This document shows, in pieces, positions 10,067 to 19,590 of a stretch of DNA of 64,000 nt. The stretch is taken from NCBI GenBank assembly GCA_021851735.1, contig JAJZCD010000001.1, positions 35,078 through 99,077 on the forward strand, in the 5' to 3' direction. The notes under the pieces were generated by a model. It had not been told where the DNA came from. It saw only the letters and a list, made by a program, of their open reading frames with translations, and did not search any database. The translations under genes were made by a program, and so were the position numbers. The DNA is from a bacterium (GTDB lineage: Bacteria > Patescibacteriota > Saccharimonadia > Saccharimonadales > UBA4665). Positions within the stretch are counted from its first letter, which is position 1. The number at the start of each line of letters is the position of its first letter.

Positions 10067-10801
10067 ATGCCTGGGTATGCTATACTAGCAGCAATGGCAT
10101 ACAAACGGGTGCTTCTCAAGTTTTCCGGCGAGCAACTGGCCGGCAAATATGAATTTGGTGTCGACCCGGAAATTGCAGCTTACCTAGGGGAAGAGATTAA
10201 AAAAGTCACCGCAACTGGTTGCCAAGTTGTTCTGGTTGTTGGTGGCGGGAATATGGTACGTGGTGCCGAGATCGCCGGACATGGTATCCGTCGAGTAACG
10301 GCAGATCAGATGGGTATGTTGAGTGGGCTCATTAACTCAATGGCAATGACAGATATTTTTGAGGCGCATGGCTTACGGACTCGATGTTTGAGTATGGTAC
10401 CAATCCCCTTAATTGCTGAAAATTATTCGTACCGCTTGGCTGAAAAACATTTGCAGAACGGCCGAGTGGTAATTGTTGCAGCGGGTATCGCCCGACCGTA
10501 TTTTACCCACGATACAGCGGCGGTGAGTGTTGGGCTGGAATTGGACTGTGAAATTGTAATCAAAGCAACTAAGGTTGACGGTGTATACGATAAAGACCCA
10601 GCAAAGTTTACTGATGCTACGCTGTTGCACACTATGACACTCGCCGATGCTGTTTCGGATGGTGCAATTATGGTCATGGACAAAGCTGCGCTCGGCCTGG
10701 CATTGGAACAGCGAAAGACATTGGCAGTATTCAACCCTATGACGGCGGGCAATCTTGAAGCTCTAGTTGCTGGCAAAGTAATTGGTACGAAGATCGAGTA
10801 G
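10067..10801 (+). CDS. pyrH: UMP kinase
   Basis: KRVLLKFSGEQLAG, VVGGGNMVRG and KATKVDGVYDKDP motifs. The true start is probably the ATG at 10094 (MAYKRVLLK). Confidence 0.9.
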   Translation: MPGYAILAAMAYKRVLLKFSGEQLAGKYEFGVDPEIAAYLGEEIKKVTATGCQVVLVVGGGNMVRGAEIAGHGIRRVTADQMGMLSGLINSMAMTDIFEAHGLRTRCLSMVPIPLIAENYSYRLAEKHLQNGRVVIVAAGIARPYFTHDTAAVSVGLELDCEIVIKATKVDGVYDKDPAKFTDATLLHTMTLADAVSDGAIMVMDKAALGLALEQRKTLAVFNPMTAGNLEALVAGKVIGTKIE

Positions 10802-10825
10802 TGCTAGACGTACGCTTTCTTATAC

Positions 10826-13189
10826 CTATATTGCCAGGTCGTTAACATCAAGTTTCAGGTGGTCTCCTGGGCGTGCTCCACCGCGTAGTATCTTTTCGGC
10901 TACCGTATTTTCGACAGCCTTTTGAAGCATACGACGCATTGGCCGTGCGCCTAAGCGTGGGTCGTTACCGGCTGCTACAATCTTTGCTATTGCTGCATCC
11001 GTAAGCTCGGTTGATATATTCTGCGCCGCTAATGTGTGGTTGATGTCGTTTAGCATTAATCGCACAACTTGTGCGAGTTCACCAGGTGTAAGCGGGCGGA
11101 ATAATACGATCTCATCAAAGCGGTTAAGCAACTCTGGTTTGAATTGGCCGCTGTTGATTAGCTCGTCGGTAAGTACCTGCTCGAACTGTTCGAGCTGCTC
11201 ACCGGCATCAATATGCTTGCGGATACTGTCGGCACCAGCATTGCTAGTGGCAATTACCACACTATCCTTAAATGACACGACCCGACCGTTACTGTCAGTC
11301 AATTGGCCCTCGTCTAACAGCTGTAGCAGTAGGTTTAATATGTTCGGATGGGCTTTTTCGATTTCGTCAAGTAATACAACGCTGAATGGTTGCTCTCGCA
11401 CTCTCATGAGCAGGCTATTCGCCTCACTCGTGCCGTCGCTAAGGATACGCGCTACATCACTCTGCTGTTGGTATTCGCTCATGTCGAGGCGGATCATGGT
11501 TGTCTCGTTGCTAAAATAGGTTGCGGCGATAGCTTTGGCTAGTTCTGTTTTACCGACGCCTGTAGGTCCTAGGAACAGAAAACTACCGATGGGCCGTTTC
11601 GGGCTTGATACCCCTGCTCTGGCTCGACGCAGTGCGTTTGCTACTACCGAAACAGCTCTCTTCTGGTTGATCATTCGCTCATGAATCTGGTCTTCCAGAT
11701 GGAGTAATTGTTCTGCTTCAGCTGGAGCTGCAGTACCAACTTTTACACCTCTCGTTTGTTCTATGGCAGCTTCAACGGAAGCAGCGGTAACGAGTATATG
11801 CCTATCGGTGTGAGCTAGCGATTGCTCAAGAAGCCGCACGGCTTTCCCGGGGTATGCCATGTCAACCTCATACCGTCCGCTTAATCGATAGGCTGCTTTG
11901 ATTGCTTCATAACTTATGACAACCTTGTTACGAACCTCGATATTGTTAGCTACATCGGTTAGAATTTTGAGGATCTCAGCTTCGGGGAGTTCTTTGAGTA
12001 CTACGGGGGTGAGCTGTCCAGCAAAGTTCATGTTACTACCACGAAGTTGCTGGTAGTCATGCGGTGTCATAGCGAATATGAGCGGCAAGGCGCGTGACTG
12101 AACCGCGGGGAGCAAGATTTGGGTGGCATTGAAGCTGCCTGGCCCTGCCTGAAAGAATAGTTGAGCATCGTCTAGAAATAGCATGACATTACCGGCGTGG
12201 AGCGCTTCATTTAGTAGGCCTGTGAGAATATACTCAAGGTCACCTGGTCGCTGAGCTGCGGAGACAATAGCGCTTGCGTCGAGCGCAATGACTTGCCTGT
12301 GTTCGAGTGCACGATCGTGTGTTTCGGCTAGAACGTTCTGAGCTAGGGCGTAAGCATGGCTAGTCTTTCCGATGCCGTCCGGTCCGACCAAAGCAACTGC
12401 GCCAGCGCCTTGGCTAAAAGCAGTCTTCATTTCACGTACCCCCGGGCTGTCAACGAGGGAACCGAAGTGCATACCCTGCCGCTCAATGTTGGCTGATACG
12501 TTGTATCCGAATCGATTCAATTGGGGGGTAAAACCACTCGCCCAATCGCGGCCAATGCCACCAAAATTAGTCCGTTTGTGACGCATCATATCTAGTGTTC
12601 GTTGCAGCCAGCCACTGACATCATTAATGTCCATCTGGGTTAGCTTGAGGCGAGTTAGTAGTTGGTCAACTGTAGGCGAAGTGTGGAGTAGCGCAGTGAT
12701 AATATGCCCGATCTCTACGGTAGTGCTTTGGTAACTATCTGCTGTACGGAGTGCTTCTTGTAGGACTTCGTCAAGTAGTGCACTGTCGTTGCTCAGCAGG
12801 TCATAAATTTGATTGGCAGACAGCACTAGATGAGCAAGGATGAAACTAGCCTGCCAGTCGGTCTGTAGGATTTGCCAAAGGCGTTGCGGCGTATATTGTA
12901 CGCCTGGTTTGAGCGCTACTAGACAATCGTTGCTCAGTCGGTTGGTTAGACTGCCGCTATGCGCGGGCACGTTGGAAAGGTCATATTGCCACCATGCGGC
13001 CGCCATGAGTGCTAGTAGCCCGAACCCCAAAACGCTGTATCCATATGCGTAACTGCGTATAACTAATGTCGCACCAGCGATTAGGCATGTCCCGCTAATA
13101 ACTAGTAACCCATAGTATCCGGGCTTACCTATAGCTTTTCCGAGCCTGGCTTTCCGCGAACGGATGGCATGTAGGTTGAGTAGCTCCAT
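10826..13189 (-). CDS. membrane-anchored Clp/Hsp100-type double AAA+ ATPase
   Basis: 787 aa. Two N-terminal hydrophobic helices, then a Clp_N-like segment. D1 has Walker A GPDGIGKT and Walker B LFLDDA. D2 has Walker A GPTGVGKT, Walker B VLLDEIEKAH and sensor KPELLNRFDE. I saw no M-domain and no IGF/IGL ClpP loop. Confidence 0.8.
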   Translation of the reverse strand: MELLNLHAIRSRKARLGKAIGKPGYYGLLVISGTCLIAGATLVIRSYAYGYSVLGFGLLALMAAAWWQYDLSNVPAHSGSLTNRLSNDCLVALKPGVQYTPQRLWQILQTDWQASFILAHLVLSANQIYDLLSNDSALLDEVLQEALRTADSYQSTTVEIGHIITALLHTSPTVDQLLTRLKLTQMDINDVSGWLQRTLDMMRHKRTNFGGIGRDWASGFTPQLNRFGYNVSANIERQGMHFGSLVDSPGVREMKTAFSQGAGAVALVGPDGIGKTSHAYALAQNVLAETHDRALEHRQVIALDASAIVSAAQRPGDLEYILTGLLNEALHAGNVMLFLDDAQLFFQAGPGSFNATQILLPAVQSRALPLIFAMTPHDYQQLRGSNMNFAGQLTPVVLKELPEAEILKILTDVANNIEVRNKVVISYEAIKAAYRLSGRYEVDMAYPGKAVRLLEQSLAHTDRHILVTAASVEAAIEQTRGVKVGTAAPAEAEQLLHLEDQIHERMINQKRAVSVVANALRRARAGVSSPKRPIGSFLFLGPTGVGKTELAKAIAATYFSNETTMIRLDMSEYQQQSDVARILSDGTSEANSLLMRVREQPFSVVLLDEIEKAHPNILNLLLQLLDEGQLTDSNGRVVSFKDSVVIATSNAGADSIRKHIDAGEQLEQFEQVLTDELINSGQFKPELLNRFDEIVLFRPLTPGELAQVVRLMLNDINHTLAAQNISTELTDAAIAKIVAAGNDPRLGARPMRRMLQKAVENTVAEKILRGGARPGDHLKLDVNDLAI

Positions 13190-13693
13190 TTACAGTAGCC
13201 CTTTCACGATGAGCCCAGCGGCTAGCACGGGAATGAGTGGCCAAATAACTATTTCTGCAATGCTGGCTGCGCCTATCACCAAAAAAGCTATAGCGGCGGC
13301 TAGTAATACAAAAGAACGTACTGTAAATCCTATACACCGACTGACAAGATTGTCACCGAACGCTCGGAGACGAGCATCTAATCCGGCACCCGGGTATGTA
13401 ATGATCCGTCGCCATGGAGAAAAGAGCGTGCGGAGCAATATGGTGGTCGAAAACATGCTCGCTAAACTACCAAGTCGTCGCTGCGAGCTGCACAGTACGC
13501 CAATCCAGCCTGTACTGTACCACCAGCTAAAAATGCTAAATATAAGCATACTTATGCTTAGTGTAGCATCAAAAGGTCTAGCCGATAAGCGGCATCCTAT
13601 GTGTACGTGTACTGTCGAGAATCTGCTGGGGTATGGTGGACGTACGTCTTCTTGTATTGTTCCTGGGCTATAAACGGTAAGCAGCTCAACCAA
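13190..13693 (-). CDS. small integral membrane protein abutting the clp-like gene
   Basis: Its stop codon directly abuts the Clp-like ATG at 13189. Hydrophobic segments FSIFSWWYSTGWIGVL and VLLAAAIAFLVIGAASIAEIVIWPLIPVLAAGLIV. The true start may be the internal ATG at 13549, because the 5' end overlaps a hairpin. Confidence 0.45.
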   Translation of the reverse strand: MVELLTVYSPGTIQEDVRPPYPSRFSTVHVHIGCRLSARPFDATLSISMLIFSIFSWWYSTGWIGVLCSSQRRLGSLASMFSTTILLRTLFSPWRRIITYPGAGLDARLRAFGDNLVSRCIGFTVRSFVLLAAAIAFLVIGAASIAEIVIWPLIPVLAAGLIVKGLL

Positions 13694-13710
13694 AAACGGT
13701 TGAGCTGCTT
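13679..13710 (-). terminator. strong hairpin downstream of tRNA-Ser
   Basis: 13-bp perfect stem AAGCAGCTCAACC/GGTTGAGCTGCTT with a 6-nt loop. Only a weak T tract follows on the minus strand, so its role as terminator or processing site is uncertain. Confidence 0.4.
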
Positions 13711-13715
13711 ACTTA

Positions 13716-13805
13716 TGGCGGAGAGACAGGGATTCGAACCCTGGGTACGGTTGCCCGCACACACGCGTTCCAGGCGTGCTCCTTCAACCACTCGGACACC
13801 TCTCC
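13716..13805 (-). tRNA. tRNA-Ser (anticodon GGA), CCA encoded
   Basis: The reverse complement starts GGAGAGGTGTCCGAGTGGTTGAAGGAGCACGCCTGGAACGCGTG. Anticodon loop CTGGAAC, long variable arm, T-arm CAGGG-TTCGAAT-CCCTG, discriminator G plus CCA. Confidence 0.9.
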
Positions 13806-14068
13806 TTGTCGCGGCAAAGACAAAAGGACTCTTTTACCTAACCATGGGCTGCTGCGTGCAGCTATGATGTGCTTTCGTGCCGTACTAACAGTAGCATTAG
13901 TTATGGCTGGAGTATAGGCGAAGCTATTTGCCGATTCTCTAAAATTTCACACAGTGCCTAAAAGTTGCTTGGGTGTAAAATTAATGAGCTATGCTTAATT
14001 ATAGCGGAAAATGATGCGAAAAACACCTTGATCGTAAGCGTTTTACGGAGGTACACTAGTAATAATAT

Positions 14069-14950
14069 ATGGCTCTCATTGAACTAAAAGACGTCAGTAA
14101 ACTGTACGGTTTTGGTGACGCTACCAGCGTAGCCCTTGACGAAGTTTGCTTAACAATCGAACAGGGTGAGTGCGTGGCGATAATGGGGCCAAGTGGTAGT
14201 GGTAAGAGTACACTCATGAATGTCGTTGGACTTATTGATCGTCCTACACATGGTGACTACCACTTGAGCGGGAAAAAAGTCAGTCGGCTTGGTGGTAACC
14301 AGCGAGCACGGCAGCGCCGTGACAAGATTGGTTTTATTTTTCAGTCATTCAATTTGCTGCCCAATCTGACGGCTGTTGAAAATGTTGCACTCCCTCTTTT
14401 GTATAAAGGTATGCCACAAGGCAGACGTACGAAAAAGGCCTGGGATATGCTGGAGCGCGTTGGCCTGGGTGACCGAGGGTATTACTATCCTCGGCAGCTT
14501 TCCGGTGGCCAGAAGCAAAGTGTCGCAATTGCCCGGGCGCTGGTCAACGCACCGCAGCTTATCATTGCCGATGAACCAACGGGCAACCTTGACAGTAACA
14601 GTTCTCGTTTGGTTATGGAGCTGCTGAGTGAAATCCATAAGACTGGTAATACGGTCTTGTTCGTGACACACAATCCGGAACTCACTCGGTTCGCTACACG
14701 TGTAGTGTATATGCAAGATGGTGCCATTAAACATGACGAGAAGACCCGCTTGGGTGAGGTTGGCCGTTATGCCCGCGCCGTTATGTACGCAGTGCCCGAG
14801 ACTACTGAAGAAGATGACTTGGCGGGCGTTTCATTGCTCATGAGCATACTGGGTAAACATAATGATTCACCTGCTCCCCGAAAACGGACGTCTCACGCGA
14901 AGACCAAGGATCGAAAAACAACTTCTCGGCGCAAGAAGGTACCCGAATGA
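14069..14950 (+). CDS. ABC transporter ATP-binding protein (MacB/LolD type) with basic C-terminal tail
   Basis: Walker A GPSGSGKST, signature LSGGQKQ, Walker B LIIADEPT. ~70-aa Lys/Arg-rich C-terminal extension. Confidence 0.9.
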   Translation: MALIELKDVSKLYGFGDATSVALDEVCLTIEQGECVAIMGPSGSGKSTLMNVVGLIDRPTHGDYHLSGKKVSRLGGNQRARQRRDKIGFIFQSFNLLPNLTAVENVALPLLYKGMPQGRRTKKAWDMLERVGLGDRGYYYPRQLSGGQKQSVAIARALVNAPQLIIADEPTGNLDSNSSRLVMELLSEIHKTGNTVLFVTHNPELTRFATRVVYMQDGAIKHDEKTRLGEVGRYARAVMYAVPETTEEDDLAGVSLLMSILGKHNDSPAPRKRTSHAKTKDRKTTSRRKKVPE

Positions 14951-16161
14951 GCCTCCGAAGCGAAAATCTTCGTTTAGCCTATCGCAGTTTGCAAGCTGCT
15001 AAGGCTCGTAGTTTTTTGACGATGCTTGGCATTGTTATTGGTGTTATGGCGGTATCGTTAGTAGTTGGTATTGGGCAAGGCGTAAAGCAACAGATTGCTG
15101 ACGGTCTAAAGCAGTTCGGCAAAAACGTATTTGTAGTGCAACCCGGACGGCCGCAGTCAAATGGAGCGCTCTTTGCTGGACTAGCGGGTGCACGTAGCAG
15201 TGACCTGCTAACCGCGCAAGACCTCAAAACAGTGCAAAAAACTGCAGGCGTGACTGATGCAGTGCCACTTAGTACTGCAAGCGGTAGTATGACAGGTGAT
15301 TATACTGTACAAACGCCATTTATTATTGCCACTACTCCTAGCTTTCCTGATATTGTGCACCAGCCTATGCTGGCCGGCGGGTTCTTTGAGCCAAGTGATG
15401 GTAGTAAGGCGGTGGTGCTTGGTATGCAAGCAGCGCAAAAATTGTTTAATAACAGTACTGAAGTAGGTCAGGTTCTTGCATGGCGTGGGCATCGGTTCAT
15501 GGTTGCCGGTATATTTGATAATTTTAAGGCGCCGCCGCTCTCAATGGAGGCGGACTTTAATGATGCCGTATTTGTGCCATACACAGCCGCGCAGAAGTTG
15601 TCGGGCGGTACGCTCGGTATTTATAAGATACTAGCAAAATCCCATTCAAGTCGAGATATGACGCAAACGATTAGTGCAGTTAATGATTCACTGATGGCGG
15701 CACATGGTGGTTCTCAGGACACAACGGTCGCTCCAGTGTCAGTCGTTGGTGATACCTCAAGCCAGACCATTCATCTTTTAACTATGCTGGTGGCAGGGGC
15801 TGCTGTCATAGCCCTGATAGTTGGCGGCGTGGGCATTATGGATGTGATGCTCGTGAGTGTTACTGAGCGAATGTACGAGATCGGCTTGCGCAAAGCTATT
15901 GGTGCGACTAACCAGCAGATTATGCGTCAGTTTGTAGTTGAAGCGTTTGTGCTGAGCGCTTGGGGCGCCTTATTAGGGGTGGCATTATCATGTGCGGTTG
16001 TCGGATTACTACGCGCTTATACTAGTCTGCAGGCAGTACTGGTATGGCAAGTCCTAGTGCTTGCGGCACTGTTAGCTGTTGTTATCGGTGTGTTTTTTGG
16101 CAGTATGCCGGCCCTTAAGGCTGCACGTAAAGATCCTATTGAAGCACTTCGTCACGATTGA
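14947..16161 (+). CDS. ABC transporter permease, MacB/FtsX family
   Basis: 404 aa with a 4-nt overlap with the ATPase gene. N-terminal TM, large extracytoplasmic domain, C-terminal FtsX-type helices (ERMYEIGLRKAIGAT). Confidence 0.85.
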   Translation: MSLRSENLRLAYRSLQAAKARSFLTMLGIVIGVMAVSLVVGIGQGVKQQIADGLKQFGKNVFVVQPGRPQSNGALFAGLAGARSSDLLTAQDLKTVQKTAGVTDAVPLSTASGSMTGDYTVQTPFIIATTPSFPDIVHQPMLAGGFFEPSDGSKAVVLGMQAAQKLFNNSTEVGQVLAWRGHRFMVAGIFDNFKAPPLSMEADFNDAVFVPYTAAQKLSGGTLGIYKILAKSHSSRDMTQTISAVNDSLMAAHGGSQDTTVAPVSVVGDTSSQTIHLLTMLVAGAAVIALIVGGVGIMDVMLVSVTERMYEIGLRKAIGATNQQIMRQFVVEAFVLSAWGALLGVALSCAVVGLLRAYTSLQAVLVWQVLVLAALLAVVIGVFFGSMPALKAARKDPIEALRHD

Positions 16162-16198
16162 CCGTATAGCTGGCAATTCCTCATTGTTCCGCTACGCT

Positions 16199-17608
16199 TT
16201 AAAACAAGGATACGAGTGCAGCAATGCCGGCAGCAGTCATCACTGACGTTGTTATCCAACCGACTATGGTCGTAAGCGGCCGGTTACGCCAATGTCCCAT
16301 CACTCTTTTATTGCTACTGATCCGAACGATAAAAAAGAGCATGATCGGCGCTACTAACCCGTTTGCAACAGCTGAATAGATTAACGCTTTAATAGGGCTC
16401 AAGCCAATGAAATCAAGACTGATGCCAACTAGCATAGACAGCATCATAATGCCGTAAAATGAGTATGCTTGCCCCAAGTTGCGGTACAGACCCTCTTTCC
16501 AACCCATACTTTCAGCGATGGCGTACGAGCTGCTACCGGCTAGGACAGGTATGGCTAACATGCCCGTACCGATAATACCAATAGCGAACAAAAAGTATGT
16601 AGCATTGCCCGCAAATGGCCGGAGTGCTTCGGCGGCTTGCGCGGCTGTTGTTATGTGCGTAATGCCGTGCGCAAATAGTATACCGCCACAGGCTGCGATT
16701 ATAAAAAACATTACTATATTGCTCAAAAACATGCCACTCCAGATATCTATACGCATGCTGCGGATGTCTGCCGGGCTGGTCGCGCTACGGCGTTCCCGTA
16801 AAGTGGTTTTCCCTTGTAATATTCGCTCTTCAACTTCTTGGCTGGTTTGCCAGAAAAACAAATATGGAGAAATGGTTGTTCCCAGCACGGCGCATATTAG
16901 TAACACGGTAGTCTTGTCAAAGACAATATGTGGAAATATGGTGTAGCGTAGTGCTTCGCCCCAGTTTAAATGTGCCAGTATACTTGAGACGACGTAGCTT
17001 AACAGAACTAAAGCAAGCCATTTTAGGTACTTGGCATACCGTGCGTACGGTGCAAAGATTTGTAGCAATAAGCTGACAATGGCAAACCCAATAACCAGCA
17101 TTGAAAAATTTAGGTGTGGGTTAAGTAATTGCAGGCCCTTTGCCATTGCCCCTAGATCGGCACCGATGTTGAACGTATTAGCTGCAAACAGTAGTAATGT
17201 CGTAATACGAAGTATCCGTTTCGAGTAGTGTATACGTATATTACCGGCCAAGCCTCTCCCTGTGACCATACCAATACGCGCACACATTTCTTGTACTGTG
17301 CTCATCAGTGGGAAGGTCCAAAGTGCCATCCAAAGCATACCAAGGCCAAATTGAGCTCCAGTTTGGCTGTATGTGGCAATTCCCGATGGATCGTCATCGC
17401 TTGCCCCGGTCGTAAGCCCTGGTCCTAGTGCGTACCAGTAATTTTTGGCACGTTGTACTGGCATAGTACGCATAAGTTTGCTGCCAGCTTGGACTGTACG
17501 GTCGAGCACTACCGCTGGAGCTTCGGCACCTTTGGTGAACAGTTCATCAGTCGAATGTTTTTGGCGCAGGAACCCTGAGGCAGATTTTTCGGGTGTTTGT
17601 TGTGTCAT
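16199..17608 (-). CDS. mntH: NRAMP-family divalent metal (Mn2+/Fe2+) transporter
   Basis: 469 aa, polytopic. Nramp signature GPGLTTGASDDDPSGIATYSQTGAQFG. Confidence 0.85.
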   Translation of the reverse strand: MTQQTPEKSASGFLRQKHSTDELFTKGAEAPAVVLDRTVQAGSKLMRTMPVQRAKNYWYALGPGLTTGASDDDPSGIATYSQTGAQFGLGMLWMALWTFPLMSTVQEMCARIGMVTGRGLAGNIRIHYSKRILRITTLLLFAANTFNIGADLGAMAKGLQLLNPHLNFSMLVIGFAIVSLLLQIFAPYARYAKYLKWLALVLLSYVVSSILAHLNWGEALRYTIFPHIVFDKTTVLLICAVLGTTISPYLFFWQTSQEVEERILQGKTTLRERRSATSPADIRSMRIDIWSGMFLSNIVMFFIIAACGGILFAHGITHITTAAQAAEALRPFAGNATYFLFAIGIIGTGMLAIPVLAGSSSYAIAESMGWKEGLYRNLGQAYSFYGIMMLSMLVGISLDFIGLSPIKALIYSAVANGLVAPIMLFFIVRISSNKRVMGHWRNRPLTTIVGWITTSVMTAAGIAALVSLF

Positions 17609-17779
17609 GGTGTGTGATTGCTTTTATTGTAGCAAAACTACGAGAAATTTTTATGATTGTAGATCAAGCAGTGCTGATCTGTTGTTGAACTAGTTTTTCG
17701 TGTCTCTTCCCTGCCATTCATTTTGAAAGTCCCGAAAACGAGTAGATGTAGGGCATCTTTATTGGATGAGTTCCCGGCT

Positions 17780-18430
17780 TCATATGTGTTGACCGAAGTA
17801 ATACCAAAAGTGATTGAGGATGATCACAAGTATAACAAGGAACCAGGCTACTATAATATCAATGTGGTGACGCTTTACAAAACGTCCCCATGGTCTAAGT
17901 TGGGCCGGTAATCCAATGTTCCCCTCGTTAAAATTGTAGAGTGTTATATACCAAAACGCAGTAGTCATGACAGCGTCAACGCTGAGACAATAAGGGCATA
18001 GTGCCTGTATACGAAAAATGCTTTCTGCTAGCATCCAATATGCAAATGCGATGCCAAGCGTTAATCCGACTTGTATGCCACGCCAGAACCAGCGCTTGAA
18101 CTGAGCACCAGCTAACATTGCTGCGCCAATGGTAATAAGTATCGGAAAGCCAGCTAACCCTACAATGGGGTTAATAAAGCCAAAAACGTCGGCTTGTCCA
18201 CTTTTCATAACTGAGCCACAGCTAACAATAGGGTTGAGATCGCAAGCTGGCTGGAAATGCGGATTTTGCAGCGAGCTTATTGTATCAGTGGTAAGAATGA
18301 ACGATGCAAATAGGCCAATGGCGCCACATACAACCAGGATCCACGGCAAAGCACGCCTTAGTTTACTAAGGGGTGCTGGTGGCACGTTGTTCGAAGAGTG
18401 TTTTATTTTTTTCATCCTTATTCGCTGCAT
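17780..18430 (-). CDS. vitamin K epoxide reductase (VKOR) family protein
   Basis: 216 aa with 4-5 TM helices. Loop Cys pair CDLNPIVSC and active-site CPYC. Confidence 0.8.
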   Translation of the reverse strand: MQRIRMKKIKHSSNNVPPAPLSKLRRALPWILVVCGAIGLFASFILTTDTISSLQNPHFQPACDLNPIVSCGSVMKSGQADVFGFINPIVGLAGFPILITIGAAMLAGAQFKRWFWRGIQVGLTLGIAFAYWMLAESIFRIQALCPYCLSVDAVMTTAFWYITLYNFNEGNIGLPAQLRPWGRFVKRHHIDIIVAWFLVILVIILNHFWYYFGQHI

Positions 18431-19590
18431 GACCCAGTGCTTCGGGTAGTAGTAGAGTGCTCGGCTGTTGTCAGTTCGCCAGCCACCTGATGCCCGGTGA
18501 GCGCATACCCAACATCATTGTACGTGGTGCTGGTGGCAAAGACAATGCCGAGGACTTGGTCGTGGCTGCCTATTAGTGGACCGCCGGAGTTCCCGGGTAT
18601 GATGTGCGCACGTAGTGAGTATACGTCGCGGACAGTGTTACCCCGCCCGTAGATGTTACGCCCATAGGCTGAAAAATTGTTCATTACGGCAGCTGGCTGA
18701 GCATTAAATCCTCCCCCGCCCGGATATCCCAGTACGACTCCGGGGGTATTAGTCGGTTGCTCAGCACTGTCTATCTTGAGCGGCTTGCCTTTAAGCCCAT
18801 TGACTTGTAGCACGGCCAAGTCGACATTAGGGTCAAACCAGATAACACGGCTGTTATGCATGACACCATCCTTGATAACTTTGGGGTTGGCGACCCCGGC
18901 GACCACATGCGCATTGGTGGCAATGTCGTTTGGAGTTATCATGAACCCGCTGCCTTCAACTATGCCACCACACCCAGTCCCTTCAACTTTGACCACAGAA
19001 GCTCGCGTAGCCTGCACGACCGCGTTAAATGATCCAAGGGACGGAACTGTAGCGGTGCTACTGGGGCTTGGCTCAAGTCCACGAAAGACCTCTGGGAAGC
19101 CGTTAGGATTGATTAACTTGTTAAGTGAGCTTAGAAATGATGTGGCGGGGGGCAAATGCGCGTTAAGCGCGCTTAAAATTCGGGAGCTTTGTAATGACTG
19201 CTGGAAACTCGTATTTGGCCCCAGTACCAAGATAGAGGCTCCAAGCCAGGCGGCAAAAAGGACCGTAACAACGGACATGAGTGAGCCGAGTGTACCATCG
19301 AATGCGTCGAGTGGGTGGTTATGTGTAAGGCTCCCCTTCAGCCGGATGCCGATAATTTCGCCGATTGTCATAAATATGAAACCGCTCAGCAGTACAATAA
19401 CGAGGCTTGCAAGTAACTTGACGGTTGAGCTCCATGCAAAGTTGACTAGAAAGGTATCTGCCCATGATCCAATGAACAAACCTGCCACGAATCCTATCGT
19501 CGAACCGGCTTGCCGGACTAGGCCTATATGATAGCCTCGGGCCAACGAAAAAATGGCAGCCAGTATTATGATGATATCTACGACATTCAT
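18418..19590 (-). CDS. CvpA-domain membrane-anchored trypsin-like serine protease (MarP-like)
   Basis: 390 aa. N-terminal CvpA-like 4-TM region. C-terminal chymotrypsin fold with TNAHVV, DLAVL and GNSGGPL (His/Asp/Ser triad). 13-nt overlap with the VKOR gene. Confidence 0.8.
   Translation of the reverse strand: MNVVDIIIILAAIFSLARGYHIGLVRQAGSTIGFVAGLFIGSWADTFLVNFAWSSTVKLLASLVIVLLSGFIFMTIGEIIGIRLKGSLTHNHPLDAFDGTLGSLMSVVTVLFAAWLGASILVLGPNTSFQQSLQSSRILSALNAHLPPATSFLSSLNKLINPNGFPEVFRGLEPSPSSTATVPSLGSFNAVVQATRASVVKVEGTGCGGIVEGSGFMITPNDIATNAHVVAGVANPKVIKDGVMHNSRVIWFDPNVDLAVLQVNGLKGKPLKIDSAEQPTNTPGVVLGYPGGGGFNAQPAAVMNNFSAYGRNIYGRGNTVRDVYSLRAHIIPGNSGGPLIGSHDQVLGIVFATSTTYNDVGYALTGHQVAGELTTAEHSTTTRSTGSCSE

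Noticed and set aside
13164-13673. 169-aa plus-strand ORF competing with the minus-strand 167-aa ORF
   Set aside because: The plus-strand product is Ser/Arg/Pro-rich and not protein-like. The minus-strand product has clean TM helices and abuts the clp-like start codon.
17609-17779. Possible Mn2+ (yybP-ykoY) riboswitch upstream of the Nramp transporter
   Set aside because: I could not find the conserved GGGGAGUAG-type core or the four-helix arrangement. Only a short hairpin (AGATCA/TGATCT) is present, and it is more likely related to termination of the upstream VKOR operon.
18776-19531. 251-aa ORF on the plus strand
   Set aside because: It is entirely antisense to the MarP-like protease, which has strong catalytic-triad motifs. 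Its translation is Ser/Pro/Thr/Leu-rich low-information sequence with no motif or RBS. This is a typical shadow ORF.
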